64,000 bases of DNA from Eledone cirrhosa (GCA_964016885.1 CAXHJY010000525.1:1-64000), one strand, 5' to 3'; counted from the stretch's first letter, positions 1 to 13,534 are shown. Notes: generated by a model not told the origin, from the sequence alone. A program made the numbers and translations.

Positions 1-37
1 TAGATTTCACACACACATACATACATATCTACACACA

Positions 38-69
<32 letters not shown>

Positions 70-345
70 CATATATACACACATATATATATACATACAT
101 ACATATATATATACATACATATATATATATATACACACATATATATACATACATATATATATATATATACATACACACATATATGTAAATGGAGAGAGAC
201 AGGCATCGAGGGAGCAGAATCTTTGGGAAATACTTTAATATATACATATGTCTCTATCCCCTCTCTCCCCCTCTCTATCCCTCCCTCCCACCACTCCGTC
301 TCTCTCTATATATATATATGTGTTTATATATACATATATATATAC

Positions 346-377
<32 letters not shown>

Positions 378-509
378 GATGTATATATATATATACGTAT
401 ATATATATATATATACATATATATACATATATATATATATACATATATATATTCATCTACATATATATATACATATATATACATCATATATATATATATA
501 TACATACAC

Positions 510-540
<31 letters not shown>

Positions 541-556
541 CATATTATACATATTA
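1..556. repeat. Compound (TA)n/(TACA)n microsatellite into which the Penelope-like element is inserted
   Basis: Directly visible; ORFs here are YI/HT dipeptide artefacts. Confidence 0.95.
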
Positions 557-2404
557 TACAAATCAGATATTGGAATAATTAGCAAAAAAATTTTAGATAG
601 AGTCATCCCACAAATAAGAAAATACGTTATTTTACCACTCTGGGAAAACACCTCCCAGGTAATTAATTGGTTTAAAAATATTAGGTGTAAATCTTCTGCT
701 TCTTTCCTACAGTTCGATATAGATAACTATTATTCTTCTATATCACCCATACTCCTGAACAAAGCATTAATATTTGCTAAAAATAGATCTAATTTAACTT
801 CGGATGACATTAACATTATTACACATGCTAGACAAACACTTATTGAATTTCAGAATGAATACTGGACCAGAAACACTTATAGTAATCTTTTTGATATTAC
901 TATGGGTTCAAGCGATTCTGCCCAAATTACTGATCTTGTGGGCCTCTTTCTCCTTTTCAACATAAATGCCTCTTTTCCCCACCTCAAAGGTGGTTTATAT
1001 CGTGATGACTGTCTTCTTCTTTCTAACAACCTTAGCCTTTCAGAAATTGAAAAAAACAAAAAGCATATTAGAACTTTCCTTAAGGACTATTATAATCTTA
1101 ATATTACTTTTGAAAAAACAAGTAAAGTAGTAAATTTCCTAGATATAACTTTAGATTTAGCTACGGGTATATACCAACCTTACCATAAACCTAACCAAAA
1201 CTTACATTACATACACTCACAATCTAATCACCCTAAATCTATCCTTAAAAACCTTGCATATAATATATCACTTAGAATTTCTAACCTTTCTTCTAACCAA
1301 GATGTATTTGATAAAAATGCGACCTTTTATAATGAAGCTCTAGATAGAAGTGGCCACAAAAATAGATTAGAGTATATAACTTCTACTAAAAATACTGAAA
1401 ACATACAGCATAATATTACCAACAAACACCAAATGAAAGGTACACACCTAAATGCCACCCACAGTATACCCCAAAATACTAAATCTTCTAATATAAAGTA
1501 TAGTAACCCTCAAAAAACTACTCATCATAAGACTATAATAAATATTAATAATAAAACTCCTAATAAAAAAGATAAAACACCTAAATCTACAAATATAACT
1601 AAAAATAGTTGTGGTGAGATCATTAACATTATTCCTCCTAGTAAAAATCATGATACAACATATAAAAATAATAAAAATAATAAACAACATAGAAACCGTA
1701 ATAGACGAGTTACTTGGTATAATGCTCCTTTTAATTTACAAGTTAAGGATAATATTGCTAAAAAATTTTTTTATATCCTTGAGAAAAACTTCCCGCCAAA
1801 CCACAAATACCATCAAATCTTAAATAGGTCTACAGTTAAATTCTCATATTCTACAACAAATAACATAAAACAAAATATAAGTGCATATAATGCATATAAA
1901 TGTAAGAAAACTATAAGTATACCACCAGTACATCAAATTAACAATAATATCTCCTCAAATACAGAATTAACGAAAGGATGTAACTGTAGAAACAAAACAA
2001 ACTGCCCATTAAAAGGGAATTGTCTTGTTAACAACATAGTCTATAAATGTAATGTTAAAACTAAAGATTCTATTTGCTCATATATAGGAGCTACCTCTAA
2101 CAATTTTAAGACAAGGTATAATACCCACAAACATAGCTTTAAAAATGCCGCACTGGCTAATACAACATCTCTAGCAGAAAAAATCAATAGTTATAAAAAT
2201 AAAAATATAAAATATGATTTGACCTGGAGTGTGCTCAAAAGAGCCACCCCTTATCAAAATAATAGAAAGGAATGTAGATTATGTTCCCAAGAACTATTTG
2301 AAATAATGAAGTCTAGGGATATCTTATTAAATAAAAGACAGGAATTAATTATATCGTGTAATCATAAACTAAAAAAAACATTTAAATATTATAAACCTAA
2401 TTAA
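557..2404 (+). CDS. Penelope-like retroelement (PLE) polyprotein, 5'-truncated: reverse transcriptase + Cys-rich linker + GIY-YIG endonuclease (Naiad-like clade)
   Basis: Frame of ORF 902-2404 is open upstream to ~557 ([15 protein letters not shown]...[14 protein letters not shown]...[13 protein letters not shown]...FDITMGS). RT motifs [32 protein letters not shown]; then CNCR..CPL.GNC, IVY...YIG..T..FKTRY..H, CRLC, LNKRQEL..C.H typical of PLE GIY-YIG. Confidence 0.92.
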   Translation, partial: YKSDIGIISKKILDRVIPQIRKYVILPLWENTSQVINWFKNIRCKSSASFLQFDIDNYYSSISPILLNKALIFAKNRSNLTSDDINIITHARQTLIEFQNEYWTRNTYSNLFDITMGSSDSAQITDLVGLFLLFNINASFPHLKGGLYRDDCLLLSNNLSLSEIEKNKKHIRTFLKDYYNLNITFEKTSKVVNFLDITLDLATGIYQPYHKPNQNLHYIHSQSNHPKSILKNLAYNISLRISNLSSNQDVFDKNATFYNEALDRSGHKNRLEYITSTKNTENIQHNITNKHQMKGTHLNATHSIPQNTKSSNIKYSNPQKTTHHKTIININNKTPNKKDKTPKSTNITKNSCGEIINIIPPSKNHDTTYKNNKNNKQHRNRNRRVTWYNAPFNLQVKDNIAKKFFYILEKNFPPNHKYHQILNRSTVKFSYSTTNNIKQNISAYNAYKCKKTISIPPVHQINNNISSNTELTKGCNCRNKTNCPLKGNCLVNNIVYKCNVKTKDSICSYIGATSNNFKTRYNTHKHSFKNAALANTTSLAEKINSYKNKNIKYDLTWSVLKRATPYQNNRKECRLCSQELFEIMKSRDILLNKRQELIISCNHKLKKTFKYYKPN

Positions 2405-4093
2405 TAACATTATTCTAGAATTTAATTTAATTTAAATGTTAGTTAACCTATAAATTTAATTTAATTAATATTTTATTACAGATGAGAAAATATTATGTAA
2501 TCATTAATTTTGAAAAACCTTTAAATATTACTAATATATATTCAGTAATTTAATTTATAGATTAATTTTAACTTATTTTAACCTTTTATTATAATTTTTT
2601 AATTTAGTTTAACCTTTATTATAAAATTTTTTTTATTATAATTCTTTTACAGATAAAATATAACAAAATAATATCATGTATCCTATGACGGAGAAAGAAT
2701 TTTTAGTATTATTGACCTAATTAATATACATTTTGGAAATATATTTATTATTTGGTTTTAGCTTTAATCAACCTAAAACTTTAATTTTAATTTTAATTTG
2801 CTTAAAATTAGTATCCTTGTACAGACGAATTGCAGAATTTCATGTAATCATAGAATGGGAGGTGTTTTTGGATATATACCTAGTTAATATATTCTGTGCA
2901 GATTTTTTGAAAAAGATATGTATATCTATATGTATATGTATATGTGTGTATTGTATGTGTATCTGTATGTATATTTATGTGACTATATATGTATGTATGT
3001 GTGTATATATATGTATATATATATATATATATGTGTATGTATATGTATACGTATGTGTATGTGTATGTATATGTATGTGTATGCGTATTAATTTTGATTT
3101 TTATTTGCATATAATTATATTGTGCTATTGATGAAATACAATATCTGCTTTATGTATTGTATACCTAATTAACATATACTAATTAACATATACTATTGAA
3201 ATAAATATATAATTTTTAACTTAGTTAACATATAATTTATATGCTACTACCGATGTAATAATTTATTTTATTTTTATTTGGGTTTCTTTTCCCTATTATT
3301 AACTTTAATTTAGTTATAATGTAATTAATAATCTACTACTGTTTGACTTCATAATTCTGCTTCAAATATTATAAACCTAACTAATTTACACCTTGGAAAT
3401 CAATATGTTGACTATCTTTGGTTTAGTTGACATATGATTAATGGTATACTTTTTTATTTTGTGATGCATAGATTTCGTATTTCCTAACATTGAAAATATG
3501 TAAGAACATACATTGAATTAAGATATGGAAAATATTATAGGTTTCTTGAAACATATATTTACTTTGATCCCCTTCTCCAAACCCCCCCCCTTTCCCCCAT
3601 ACTATTATCATCTGTTTTTGTAAGTGTATATGTATGAATATATGGGTAGATGGGTGTCTATATAGTTTTTTTGGTATTTATTTCTAGATATAAAAATACA
3701 TATATGAGCATGTAAATATGAATGTAAGATTGAGTGTGTATATATGATTGTACATACATATGTATGTATATATATGTATATATATGTATTATATATGTAC
3801 GTGTATGTGAATGTGTGGTATATATATGTGTAGGTATATGTATATATGTGTGTGTATGTGTATGCTTGTATTTAGGAATATATATGTGTGTATATATGTA
3901 TATATGTATATGCGTGTTTGCATGTATGTGTATATGGGTTCTGTATATATTTGTATGTCTCTCTATTTATATGTTTATCTTTGTATCTATGTGATATATG
4001 TGTGTGTGTGTGCATGTATGCATATGTATGTGTTTGTGCGTGTTTGTATGTGTGTGTGTATATATATATGTATGTATTTGCGCACACTCACAT

Positions 4094-4128
<35 letters not shown>

Positions 4129-4219
4129 GGTGTGTATGTGTGTCTGTATGTGTGTGCGTGTGTATATATGTGTGTATATATATATATATATGTGTATGTA
4201 TGTGTATGTGTGTGTATAT

Positions 4220-4265
<46 letters not shown>

Positions 4266-4404
4266 ATATAGGTGTCTATGTGTGAATATATGTCTTTATT
4301 CGTATGTGTGTATTTATATATGTTTATATTTAGGTGTATGTATGTATGTGTATGTATGTATGTATATGTATGTGTATGTATGTATATTTGTATATGTGTG
4401 TATA

Positions 4405-4443
<39 letters not shown>

Positions 4444-4535
4444 CTTTATTATTATTGTAATATAACTTATGTGTATATGTGTATAAGTGAGGTTGTGTAT
4501 GTATATATACTATGTGTATATATAAGGGTAATGAA

Positions 4536-4576
<41 letters not shown>

Positions 4577-4672
4577 CATGTCTGTATTTTACGTGTGTGT
4601 GTATATATATGTATATATGTGTATGTGTGTATATGTGTATGTATATATGCATATATGTGTACGTGTGTGTAT

Positions 4673-4721
<49 letters not shown>

Positions 4722-4832
4722 TGGATGTTCGTATGTGTTTTCATGGTGGTATGAGTGTGGGATATATATGTTTATGTATAAGTATATGTATGTGTATGTA
4801 TATATATATGAGTCTATGTGTGTGTGTGTATA

Positions 4833-4881
<49 letters not shown>

Positions 4882-5643
4882 ATGTGTTGCGCGTGTGTGT
4901 GTCCGTATTTTTATCTTTTTATATGTGTATGTGTATGTTCGTGTAAATGTATGTGTGTGTATGACAGTATAGGTATGTGTGTATGTATGTATGTGTAGAT
5001 ATCTCTATGTGCGCGTACATGTATGTATGTGTATGTATATCTGTATGCGTATGTACATTATATTATATGTAATATATTTTATTGTTTTTATTTTTTTATT
5101 TTTCATAATTTATAGATACATTTATATTAGGCTGTCTGGTCTCACAACCTAACACTGACCCCTCCCCCCCCCCTCCCACCTAATTTCTGTATCTTGATCT
5201 TGAAATGTGTGTACCAGTGTGTTTATGTGAGTGACTTAATTTCTATTTGCTTATGATTTTATATCCACATATATAAATGTGAGTGGGGGGTGTGTGTGTG
5301 TTTGTGTGTTCGTGGTTATGTGTATATTTATATATATACGCACATGTATGTGTGATTATACTGATATGTGTGAGTATGAAAAAAATATATTTATATGCTT
5401 GACTACATAAGTATCATTGCGTATATTATCAGCGCATTAAGCTTACAGAGATATTAACCTTGAAATTTTTTATTTGCATCCATCTTTTTAGTATGCACAT
5501 ACATATTATACACACATTATTGTAAAATGCGTGTGGGGTTTTACATGTATATACACACACCAAACTGTTTTTTAACCCTTTGTGTTTTCATTGGTCAATT
5601 TTGAACTGATATTTTGAATTGTTGTTATTATCAATAAATATAC

Positions 5644-5798
5644 TTCATTATTTCTGAAGACGGCGTATATATGAGTTAGGTATGTATATTTAATCTTGAT
5701 AATTTGTATAATTTTGTATAATTTTGTACATAGATCTGTTAAATATGCATACCAATTATAGCACATATATGCCCTAGAAACGATCGTTAAATAGTGAA
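5644..5798 (+). ncRNA. Type I hammerhead ribozyme with a ~94-nt stem II loop
   Basis: Stem I TTCATTATTT(5644-53)/AAATAGTGAA(5789-98); CTGAAGA 5654-60; stem II GGCGTATAT(5662-70)/ATATATGCC(5765-73); GAAA 5777-80; palindromic CGATCG; triplet GUU. Extra unpaired C and CTA flank stem II. Confidence 0.7.
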
Positions 5799-5936
5799 CT
5801 TTTTTTGTTTAATATAAGGAATTGTTTGTTCATTATTTATTTAATATTTTATACATATATATATATATATATACATACATATATATGTACATACATATAT
5901 ATATATATATATATACATACATATATACATACATAC

Positions 5937-5971
<35 letters not shown>

Positions 5972-6461
5972 CATACATATATACATACATATATATATGC
6001 ATACATACATATATATATATATACACATACATATATACATACATATATATATACATACATATATACATACATATATATATATATATACATACACATATAT
6101 ATATACATACATACTTACATACATATATATATATATATACATACATACTTACATACATACATATATATATATTGAAACTCTATTACCTTAATATAGAATG
6201 TCTCGACGCAGATTTTTCTACTATTTAAATTAGTAAAAAAAAAAACGAAAAGGGGATATAAGCTGGTAGAGAACTTCGAGTTGGTAGAGGAGGGCTCTCT
6301 CTCTCTCCTTCCAGCCTCCACATCCTGGATGCTCTACTGGATCAAAGAGAGAAAGGTCGAGAGGTTGTCTGTGTCTGCTTCTGGCTGCATGGGCACCTAA
6401 AACCGTCAGCTAAAACAACTGATACTCAATTGTGAGTGATGACTCTAGTATTATATATATA

Positions 6462-7014
6462 CTAGCAGATTTACCCGGCGTTGCTCGGGGTTTGAAATTA
6501 TGCTAAGAATATTGCGAGATTAGGCCCTTAACGCGAAAATTAACACTTAATATAGTGAAACAAGTTAAAACAACAAGTGTTTTTTTAACTTTGAAAGTGC
6601 AACAAAGAATAAACAAGAAACAAACGATAATATTAGTGATTTATCTTCAAATGAATCTGATGTTTATATTTCTATAACTTCGTCCGACGATGATTGTTGT
6701 TTTAAAATTGAAAACGAAGTTCTCCATATCTCACTCTCTTTATAAGGATTGTCAATAAAGTTGGTTATCTCCCTTTTTTTTTATAAGGATTGTCAATAAA
6801 GTTGGTTATCTCCCTTACATCAATTTTGCTACCGATAATTTTGATATCGATTTTTTATTGCTCAACGTGGGTCGATTGGCAAATGTGACCATCTTAGCGA
6901 CCTGTGCAACGTGCACAGAGAATTTGGTCAAATTCGGTTGGTAATTGTAAAAGCCTTAGGTATCCAAAGTTGTACACAGACACACACACATCCTCGCTTT
7001 TATATATATAAAGA
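6462..7014 (-). mobile_element. Non-autonomous Helitron-like element
   Basis: Minus strand reads A|TCTTTATATATATAAAAGCGAGG ... CCCGAGCAACGCCGGG (hairpin) TAAATCTG CTAG|T; internal ~36-bp direct duplication at 6740-6816; second copy at 29650-29948. Confidence 0.85.
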
Positions 7015-7100
7015 TATAAAGATATATATATATCCATCGAATTTTCAACCGTCAAGGTTGTTTTCCATGGTTATGTCACTATTTATGAAACAAATTTTGT

Positions 7101-7163
7101 ATTTTATCTGATGAAAGCGCACCAAGGTGGGCTTGGTCGCCCTTGAAATATATATAATAAAAT
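7101..7163 (+). ncRNA. Type I hammerhead ribozyme, family A (in element ~7030-7210)
   Basis: ATTTTAT-CTGATGA(7108-14)-AAGCGCACCAAG gtggg CTTGGTCGCCCTT-GAAA(7145-48)-TATATA-TA-ATAAAAT. Confidence 0.8.
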
Positions 7164-7218
7164 AATTATGGTTTTATAAATATAGTTTCCATTTATTAAT
7201 ATATTGTATATCTATCTA

Positions 7219-7267
<49 letters not shown>

Positions 7268-7272
<5 letters not shown>

Positions 7273-7625
7273 TGAGATTCTACAGGACTAGAACTGTTTC
7301 ATTCTTTAGAAATCATCAGGAATCTGGGTATCAAAAAATAAGTATGGTATATATAGGTCTCTACAAGTGGTAGGAGAGGGTGGGGAGTGGGATGGGTGTA
7401 GGTCATTGGTTGATAGAATTCATTAAAAGCTAATTCTACAAAGCTATAGTTTATTTTTATTTTTAGAGTAACAAAGGCAGAAAGAATTCTATAAACAAGT
7501 TGATTTCTAAAGAATGAAACAGTTCTAGTCCTGTAGAATCTCATCTATATTAAAACTTTTATACTCTGCTGTGTATTGAGTACCTTACTTACTGTGGTTA
7601 CCTCCGATTCAACCCGGAATAACGT
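7268..7625. mobile_element. Family B PLE-like pLTR fragment in inverted configuration; intact hammerhead on the minus strand at 7275-7325
   Basis: 7268-7315 is the reverse complement of ~7501-7548. Minus strand: AGATTC-CTGATGA-TTTCtaaaGAAT-GAAA-CAG ttctagtc CTG-TA-GAATCT. Both ends lie in (TA)n. Confidence 0.8.
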
Positions 7626-7680
7626 ATATATATATATATATTGTTATACTTTGGGAGGGTCATGTTGCCAATAAGAAACG

Positions 7681-7720
<40 letters not shown>

Positions 7721-7831
7721 AAAGATTTCCCTGAGTCGGTTTTTTTCGTTGTTCTGGTATTAGCGGCTTGCATTTTGGTCGCTGTCTTCAATTTGAATAG
7801 CTGTATAAACGTAATGTTATAACTCTAAGGT

Positions 7832-8023
7832 CTAATGGCCAGTGGATTGGCAGTATCGGTAGAGGGTCGGACGCCAAGCTTTGACGCATAGAGTTACGGC
7901 CCTTGCCATTCTGAGTTCAAATCCCGCCGAGGTTAACTTTGCCTTTCATCCTTATGGGGTCGATAAAATAAAGTACCAGTAATACACTGGGTAATTGCTG
8001 GCCTTGTGCCAAAAGTAGAAACA
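7832..8023 (+). mobile_element. tRNA-derived SINE (family S1, Meta-domain-like core)
   Basis: A box TGGCAGTATCGG, B box GAGTTCAAATCC, core GCCTTTCATCC..GGGGTCGATAAAATAAAGTACCAG; 16-bp TSD GTTATAACTCTAAGGT at 7816-31 and 8024-39. Confidence 0.9.
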
Positions 8024-8130
8024 GTTATAACTCTAAGGTAAAATTCCTTATTGAGTGCTTTTGGCTGCACTTCCCGACTGCATTCGTTAGCTTGCCCGCA
8101 GCCAGAGCTTCGATTATGCTGTACTACCTT

Positions 8131-8205
<75 letters not shown>

Positions 8206-8692
8206 CTAAGGCGGGTAAGATTCCCGAGATCCATGAACGAGTTCTCTCCAGCGGTCTCTGTCCCTCATTATCGCTGCCATGTCCTGCGTCTCCAACAGAC
8301 CAGTGTCTGTCCTTGGGGCATCAACATACGTTAACCTTGGTCTTCCTCTTCTAGTGTGTCCATGCTTGAGATTGGTGTGGAAGTCGGACCTTCGTAGAGA
8401 CCTGAAAATCCGCCTCTTCATTGCTGTAGTGGAGTCTGTGCTGCTGTACAGGTCTGAGACTTGGACACTGACCAAGAAACTCACTCAGATGGTGGACGGG
8501 TGCTACACGAGAATGTTGAGGATGGCTCTGAACATTAATCAGTATACACTGAGGATGAAAAACTCAGAGCTGTATGGGAGCCTCACAAAAGTCAGCTCAA
8601 AAGTGACACAGAGGAGACTGAGGTTAGCTGGACATGCTCACCGACATCCAGAGTTGACACTGCACTCAGTGCTCCTGTGGGAGCCCCTACAT
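8206..8692 (-). mobile_element. RTE-clade LINE 3' fragment with 5' inversion
   Basis: Minus 8206-8364 encodes HGHTRRGRPRLTYVD...RDRDRWREL...PP*; plus 8366-8692 encodes KIRLF.AVVESVLLY.SETWTL...RRLRLAGH...LLWEPLH, which directly precedes it in the element. Confidence 0.9.
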
Positions 8693-9219
8693 ATATATAT
8701 ATAAAGAAAATATCGCTCTACATGGCTGAATACAATATTAATAATAACATTCGATTCGTTTGCAATTATGCAAACAAGCCTCAATTTTATAGCCATATCA
8801 GTAGAATGAACACTTCATTCTTGCTCTTGTGTTGGCATGTGAACAGAACAACAGCAAGAATGAAGTGTGGTTTTCTGCTAGTATATATACACATCGAAAA
8901 CATGTCACATACTACCAAATCCTACTTGATTGCCATTGACGGCTGTAGTATTTTGAAATTAGTTTTTCGTGTTTCCATACATCTTAATCAATCTCTCGGA
9001 CCTTTGCTTCTCTAAGCCATAAAATAAGCTGAGGGACCTTATTTCGGGAAGGAGTTATGGCAGGGCTATAGCAGATTGGTGTTGTGATATCTTTTTTATT
9101 GAGCCGGAAGATTGCTATCATCGGACATTGATCAAACATCGATCTGATGATCGGAACTTTGAGATACACACACGATCAGAATATTTAAATATACAAATCA
9201 TTATCACATCTGTGACAGA

Positions 9220-9223
9220 TATC

Positions 9224-9273
<50 letters not shown>

Positions 9274-9275
9274 GT

Positions 9276-9334
<59 letters not shown>

Positions 9335-9470
9335 CATACACACACACATATATATATATACACACACGCACATATATATATATATATGTACACACACATA
9401 TATATATATATATATATATGTATATACTTACATAATTATACATATATGTAAATATATATATGTATATATA

Positions 9471-9522
<52 letters not shown>

Positions 9523-9674
9523 TTAAATATGTGTGCATATATGTAAATACATATAAATATCTACACACACACTCTCACACACACGCACTCACACACACAC
9601 ACACACATATATGCATTGATATATATATATGTATGTACATACCTGCATTTATATGTATATATATATTTATATAC

Positions 9675-9728
<54 letters not shown>

Positions 9729-10101
9729 GTATGTGTATGTTTGTGTGTGTACATACACCCACACTCACACACACACATTCACACACACACACACACACCC
9801 ACACACACTGACACAAATAGAAGCAATCTTTGGGTAATGTCCTAGCCCCAGAACCTTGCTCTAGTACCATGGAATGGGGGAGACGCCCTTCAGGGCTATC
9901 TCCCCATCGTCGCTTCAGCTGTTTCCTATAAAGCGGCGCATTTGATGTAAATGGTACGTAAACTATGTCTGTGTAGTGTGTATGTGTGTATATATATATG
10001 TATATATGTATATATGTATATATGTATATATGTATATATGCATTTATATATGTATCTATATACATATATATATACATATTTATATATATGTGTATCTATA
10101 T

Positions 10102-10175
<74 letters not shown>

Positions 10176-10305
10176 GTATATATATATGTATATATATACA
10201 TATTTATATATATGTGTATCTATATACATATATATATATATACATATATATATATATGTTATGGAATACTGTTAGCTTCTCGCTACAATAATTTCTATAC
10301 TTTTC

Positions 10306-10355
<50 letters not shown>

Positions 10356-10841
10356 TTATATATATGCATTTATATATATATATATATGCATATATATGTA
10401 TGTATATATATATATGCATATATATATATGTATGTATATATATATATATATGTATGTATATATATATATATGACTATATATATATCTATATGCATATATA
10501 TATATATATATATATGCATATATATGTATGTATATATATATATATGTATGTATATATGTATATATATATGTATGTATATATATATGTATGTATATATGTA
10601 TGTATATATATATATATGCATATATATGTATGTATATATATATATATGTATGCATATATATATATGTATGTATATATATATGTATGCATATATATATATG
10701 TATGTATATATATATATATGTATGTGTATATATATATATATGTATGTATATATATATATATATGTATGTATATATATATATGTATGTATATATATATATG
10801 TATGTATATATATATATGTATGTATATATATATATGTATGC

Positions 10842-10874
<33 letters not shown>

Positions 10875-11010
10875 TATATATGCATATATATATATGTATG
10901 TATGTATATATATACACATATATATATATATATATGTATGTATATATATATATGTATGTATATATATATATATATATATATATGTCTGTGTGTAGTGTGT
11001 ATATGTTTTT
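9220..11010. repeat. (TA)n/(TATG)n/(CA)n microsatellite field
   Basis: Directly visible. Confidence 0.95.
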
Positions 11011-11021
11011 GTGGGGGGGGG

Positions 11022-11140
11022 GCACAAACCCTCCATCTCAATTCTACTTTAGAAAAGCATAAGAACTGTGAAACCGGTAATGGAAACAAATAAATATTCT
11101 TAAAAAGACTCCAGTTGCATTTTCAATTTCTTTTCCTTTT
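11022..11140 (+). mobile_element. Family D fragment (3' half hammerhead GAAA-CCGG-TA)
   Basis: Similar to 11955-12090 and to the reverse complement of 22987-23048. Confidence 0.6.
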
Positions 11141-11154
11141 ATATATATATATAT

Positions 11155-11367
11155 GAAAAAGTATGACCCCGACGGCAGAGCTCAAGCCGTTTCGACGGCT
11201 ATTTCTAGACGTAGCCGTCGAAATAGCCGTCTAGAAATAGCCGCCGAAACGGCTTGAGCTCTGGAGTCGGGGTCATACTTTTTCCTATTACCCACTCTAC
11301 TACCCTAAGTATTGAGTACTCTGGTGCGTTATGGTCCATCTGGTTCCTTACCACATTTCCTTCGTTA
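11155..11367 (+). mobile_element. Family C fold-back element (3' half hammerhead + ~85-bp tail)
   Basis: Arms ~11155-11210/11229-11284; GAAA-CGGC ttgagctct..-GTC-GGGGTC, then tail TTACCCACTCTACTACCCTAAGTATTGAGTAC...CTTCGTTA; flanked by (TA)n. Confidence 0.8.
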
Positions 11368-11790
11368 TATATATATATATATAAATATATATATATCAAC
11401 TAGAAATTGATTGACATATATATATATATAAAATAAACATATGAAACAATGACAGGGAATAATTTGTAAAGTGTGTAAGCACACACAGCTAGGTAGGTAA
11501 CTAATTAAAGTTTAACTAGAACTTCAAATATAGATACCTTTTAAAATGATTAATCTCCTTTGTATATATTTCATTAAATAAAGAAATATATTTCACCATC
11601 AATCTAGTTAATATAAAATGCTCGGATCTATTCATTGGAATCTTTGAGCATATTCTGCAGTGGATATGGGGCATGTCTCTCTGAGATGACACCCTTAATT
11701 TAATTTTGTATATATATATATATATATATTAGAAAGTGAGGTTTTTTTTACAAAATGAAAAATAACTGAGGTGTCCTACACGAGTGAAAG

Positions 11791-12089
11791 TATAAAGAAA
11801 AAGAGATGAAATCGAAAATGCAACTGGAGTCTTATTTTTTTTAAAAATATATATATTTATTTGGTTCCTTTACCGGTTTCGCAGTTCTTCTGCTTTTCAA
11901 AAGGTGAGTTGAGATGGAGGGTCTGTGGTTTTTCTCACATCAGATGTGAGAAAAACCACAGACCCTCCATCTCAACTCACCTTTTGAAAAGCAGAAGAAC
12001 TGCGAAACCGGTAAAGGAACCAAATAAATATATATATTTAAAAAAAAAATAAGACTCCAGTTGCATTTTCGATTTCATCTCTTTTTCTT

Positions 12090-12093
<4 letters not shown>
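11791..12093. repeat. Apparently perfect 150-bp inverted repeat (family D fold-back)
   Basis: 11791-11940 is the reverse complement of 11944-12093, with a 3-nt spacer CAG. Confidence 0.92.
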
Positions 12094-12120
<27 letters not shown>

Positions 12121-12237
12121 TAAAATAACAGATTAAAGTTTAAGCAAAGAATCGCTGCTTAAGAGCCTTCTTTGGATTTTAGTCTTCAAATTTATTATTA
12201 TTACTATATATATATATATATATATATACAAATATAT

Positions 12238-12460
12238 ATGTATATATAGTATATTTGATAATATACTGTATGTTTATTTAAAAACATTTTGAAGAGCATT
12301 CGCTATGAGTTTTAAAGTAGTGACTTTGTCACTTACTTTGTCTTGTTTTTGCCGAGACTAAGTAAGTGACATAGTGACTACTTTAAAACTCATAGCGTAT
12401 GGTCTTCAAAAAGTTTTTAAATAAACATACAGTATATTATCAAATATACTATATATACAT
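12238..12460. repeat. Imperfect 100-bp inverted repeat of family F (same family as 46447-46870)
   Basis: Arms 12238-12337/12361-12460; AGTAAGTGACATAGT..CTACTTTAAAACT is shared with 46449 and 46765. Confidence 0.85.
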
Positions 12461-12627
12461 TCATATATACATCGCTATTTCAGAGCACTGGTACTAATTC
12501 CATATATATACTAATTTCCAACAGCCGAAATACGATTCTCGCTAATTTATATTTATATATATATATATAGTTTTAATATAGTTTTAATCATATATAGTTT
12601 TAATATAGTTTTAATCATCAGGAATCT

Positions 12628-12678
12628 AGATTCCTGATGATTTCTAAAGAATGAAACAGTTCTAGTCCTGTAGAATCT
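12628..12678 (+). ncRNA. Canonical type I hammerhead, family B (element ~12613-12795)
   Basis: AGATTC-CTGATGA(12634-40)-TTTCtaaaGAAT-GAAA(12653-56)-CAG..CTG-TA-GAATCT; GUA triplet; preceded by a 30-bp perfect palindrome at 12613-12642. Confidence 0.85.
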
Positions 12679-12789
12679 CATCTATATTAAAACTTTTATA
12701 CTCTGCAATGTATTGAGTACCTTACTTACTGTGGTTACCTCCGATTCAACCCGGAATAACGTACCTTTATACTTTAATCTGTTATTTTA

Positions 12790-12828
<39 letters not shown>

Positions 12829-12831
<3 letters not shown>

Positions 12832-13021
12832 CGAAGGAAATGTGGTAAGGAACCAGGTAGACCATAACGCACCAAAGTACTCAATACTTAGGGTAGTAGA
12901 GTGGGTAATAGGAACAAGTAAGATCCCGACGGCTGAGCTCAAGCCGTTTCGACGGCTAATTCTGGACTCCAGAATTAGCCGTCGAAACGGCTTGAGCTCA
13001 GCCGTCGGGGTCTTACTTGTT

Positions 13022-13025
<4 letters not shown>
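12829..13025 (-). mobile_element. Family C fold-back element (variant)
   Basis: Tail 12829-12908, then near-perfect arms ~12909-12966/12968-13025. Confidence 0.8.
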
Positions 13026-13061
<36 letters not shown>

Positions 13062-13144
13062 GGAGGTGAGTTTTATTGTAGTACAATAAAGCAATGCAGA
13101 TATCGGATAAGAAGCACTCTACAGTTTGTAGGACTGGAGTATAC

Positions 13145-13478
13145 ATAATATAAGATCAAAAGATGGTTAAAGGAGTTCCATGTATTTTATTATGAGCATT
13201 TCAAAAACAAACATCATCATGCAATAATATTTGTGTTTTCATCAGATAAAACAGGAGAACATGATATGAAGGCTAAAAAAACACTTGTGGATAGTGCAGT
13301 TTTAAATCAACATATCATATGTTGATTTAAAACTGCACTATCCACAAGTGTTTTTTAGCCTTCATATCATGTTCTCCTGTTTTATCTGATGAAAACACAA
13401 ATATTATTGCATGATGATGTTTGTTTTTGAAATGCGCATAATAAAATACATGGAACTCCTTTAACCATCTTTTGATCT

Positions 13479-13486
<8 letters not shown>
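13145..13486. repeat. ~170-bp near-perfect inverted repeat; each arm carries a hammerhead (family G)
   Basis: Centre at 13316. Plus-strand HHR 13380-13446: TTTTAT-CTGATGA-AAACACAAATATTA..TGATGATGTTTGTTTTT-GAAA-TGCGCA-TA-ATAAAA. Confidence 0.88.

Positions 13487-13534
<48 letters not shown>

Larger units (their letters stand above)
557..5850 (+). mobile_element. Probable full extent of the PLE insertion, including a ~3.4-kb AT-rich 3' region with internal microsatellites and a terminal hammerhead
   Basis: T-rich strand bias continues from the stop codon to ~5850, where a hammerhead motif (5644-5798) is followed by a return to (TA/CA)n; PLE pLTRs are known to carry hammerheads. The 3' boundary is inferred. 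Confidence 0.6.

Noticed and set aside
557-2404. Selenoprotein-type Naiad (in-frame UGA + SECIS)
   Set aside because: No in-frame TGA in the visible frame; it ends in TAA.
7832-7935. tRNA genes (also 30161, ~50790, ~52390)
   Set aside because: A/B boxes are present but continue into SINE bodies with TSDs; no complete cloverleaf.
9140-9180. CTGATGA motifs at 9144, ~38439, ~40942 and GAAACGCGTA at ~58163
   Set aside because: Only half of the core, or no supporting stems; not counted as ribozymes.
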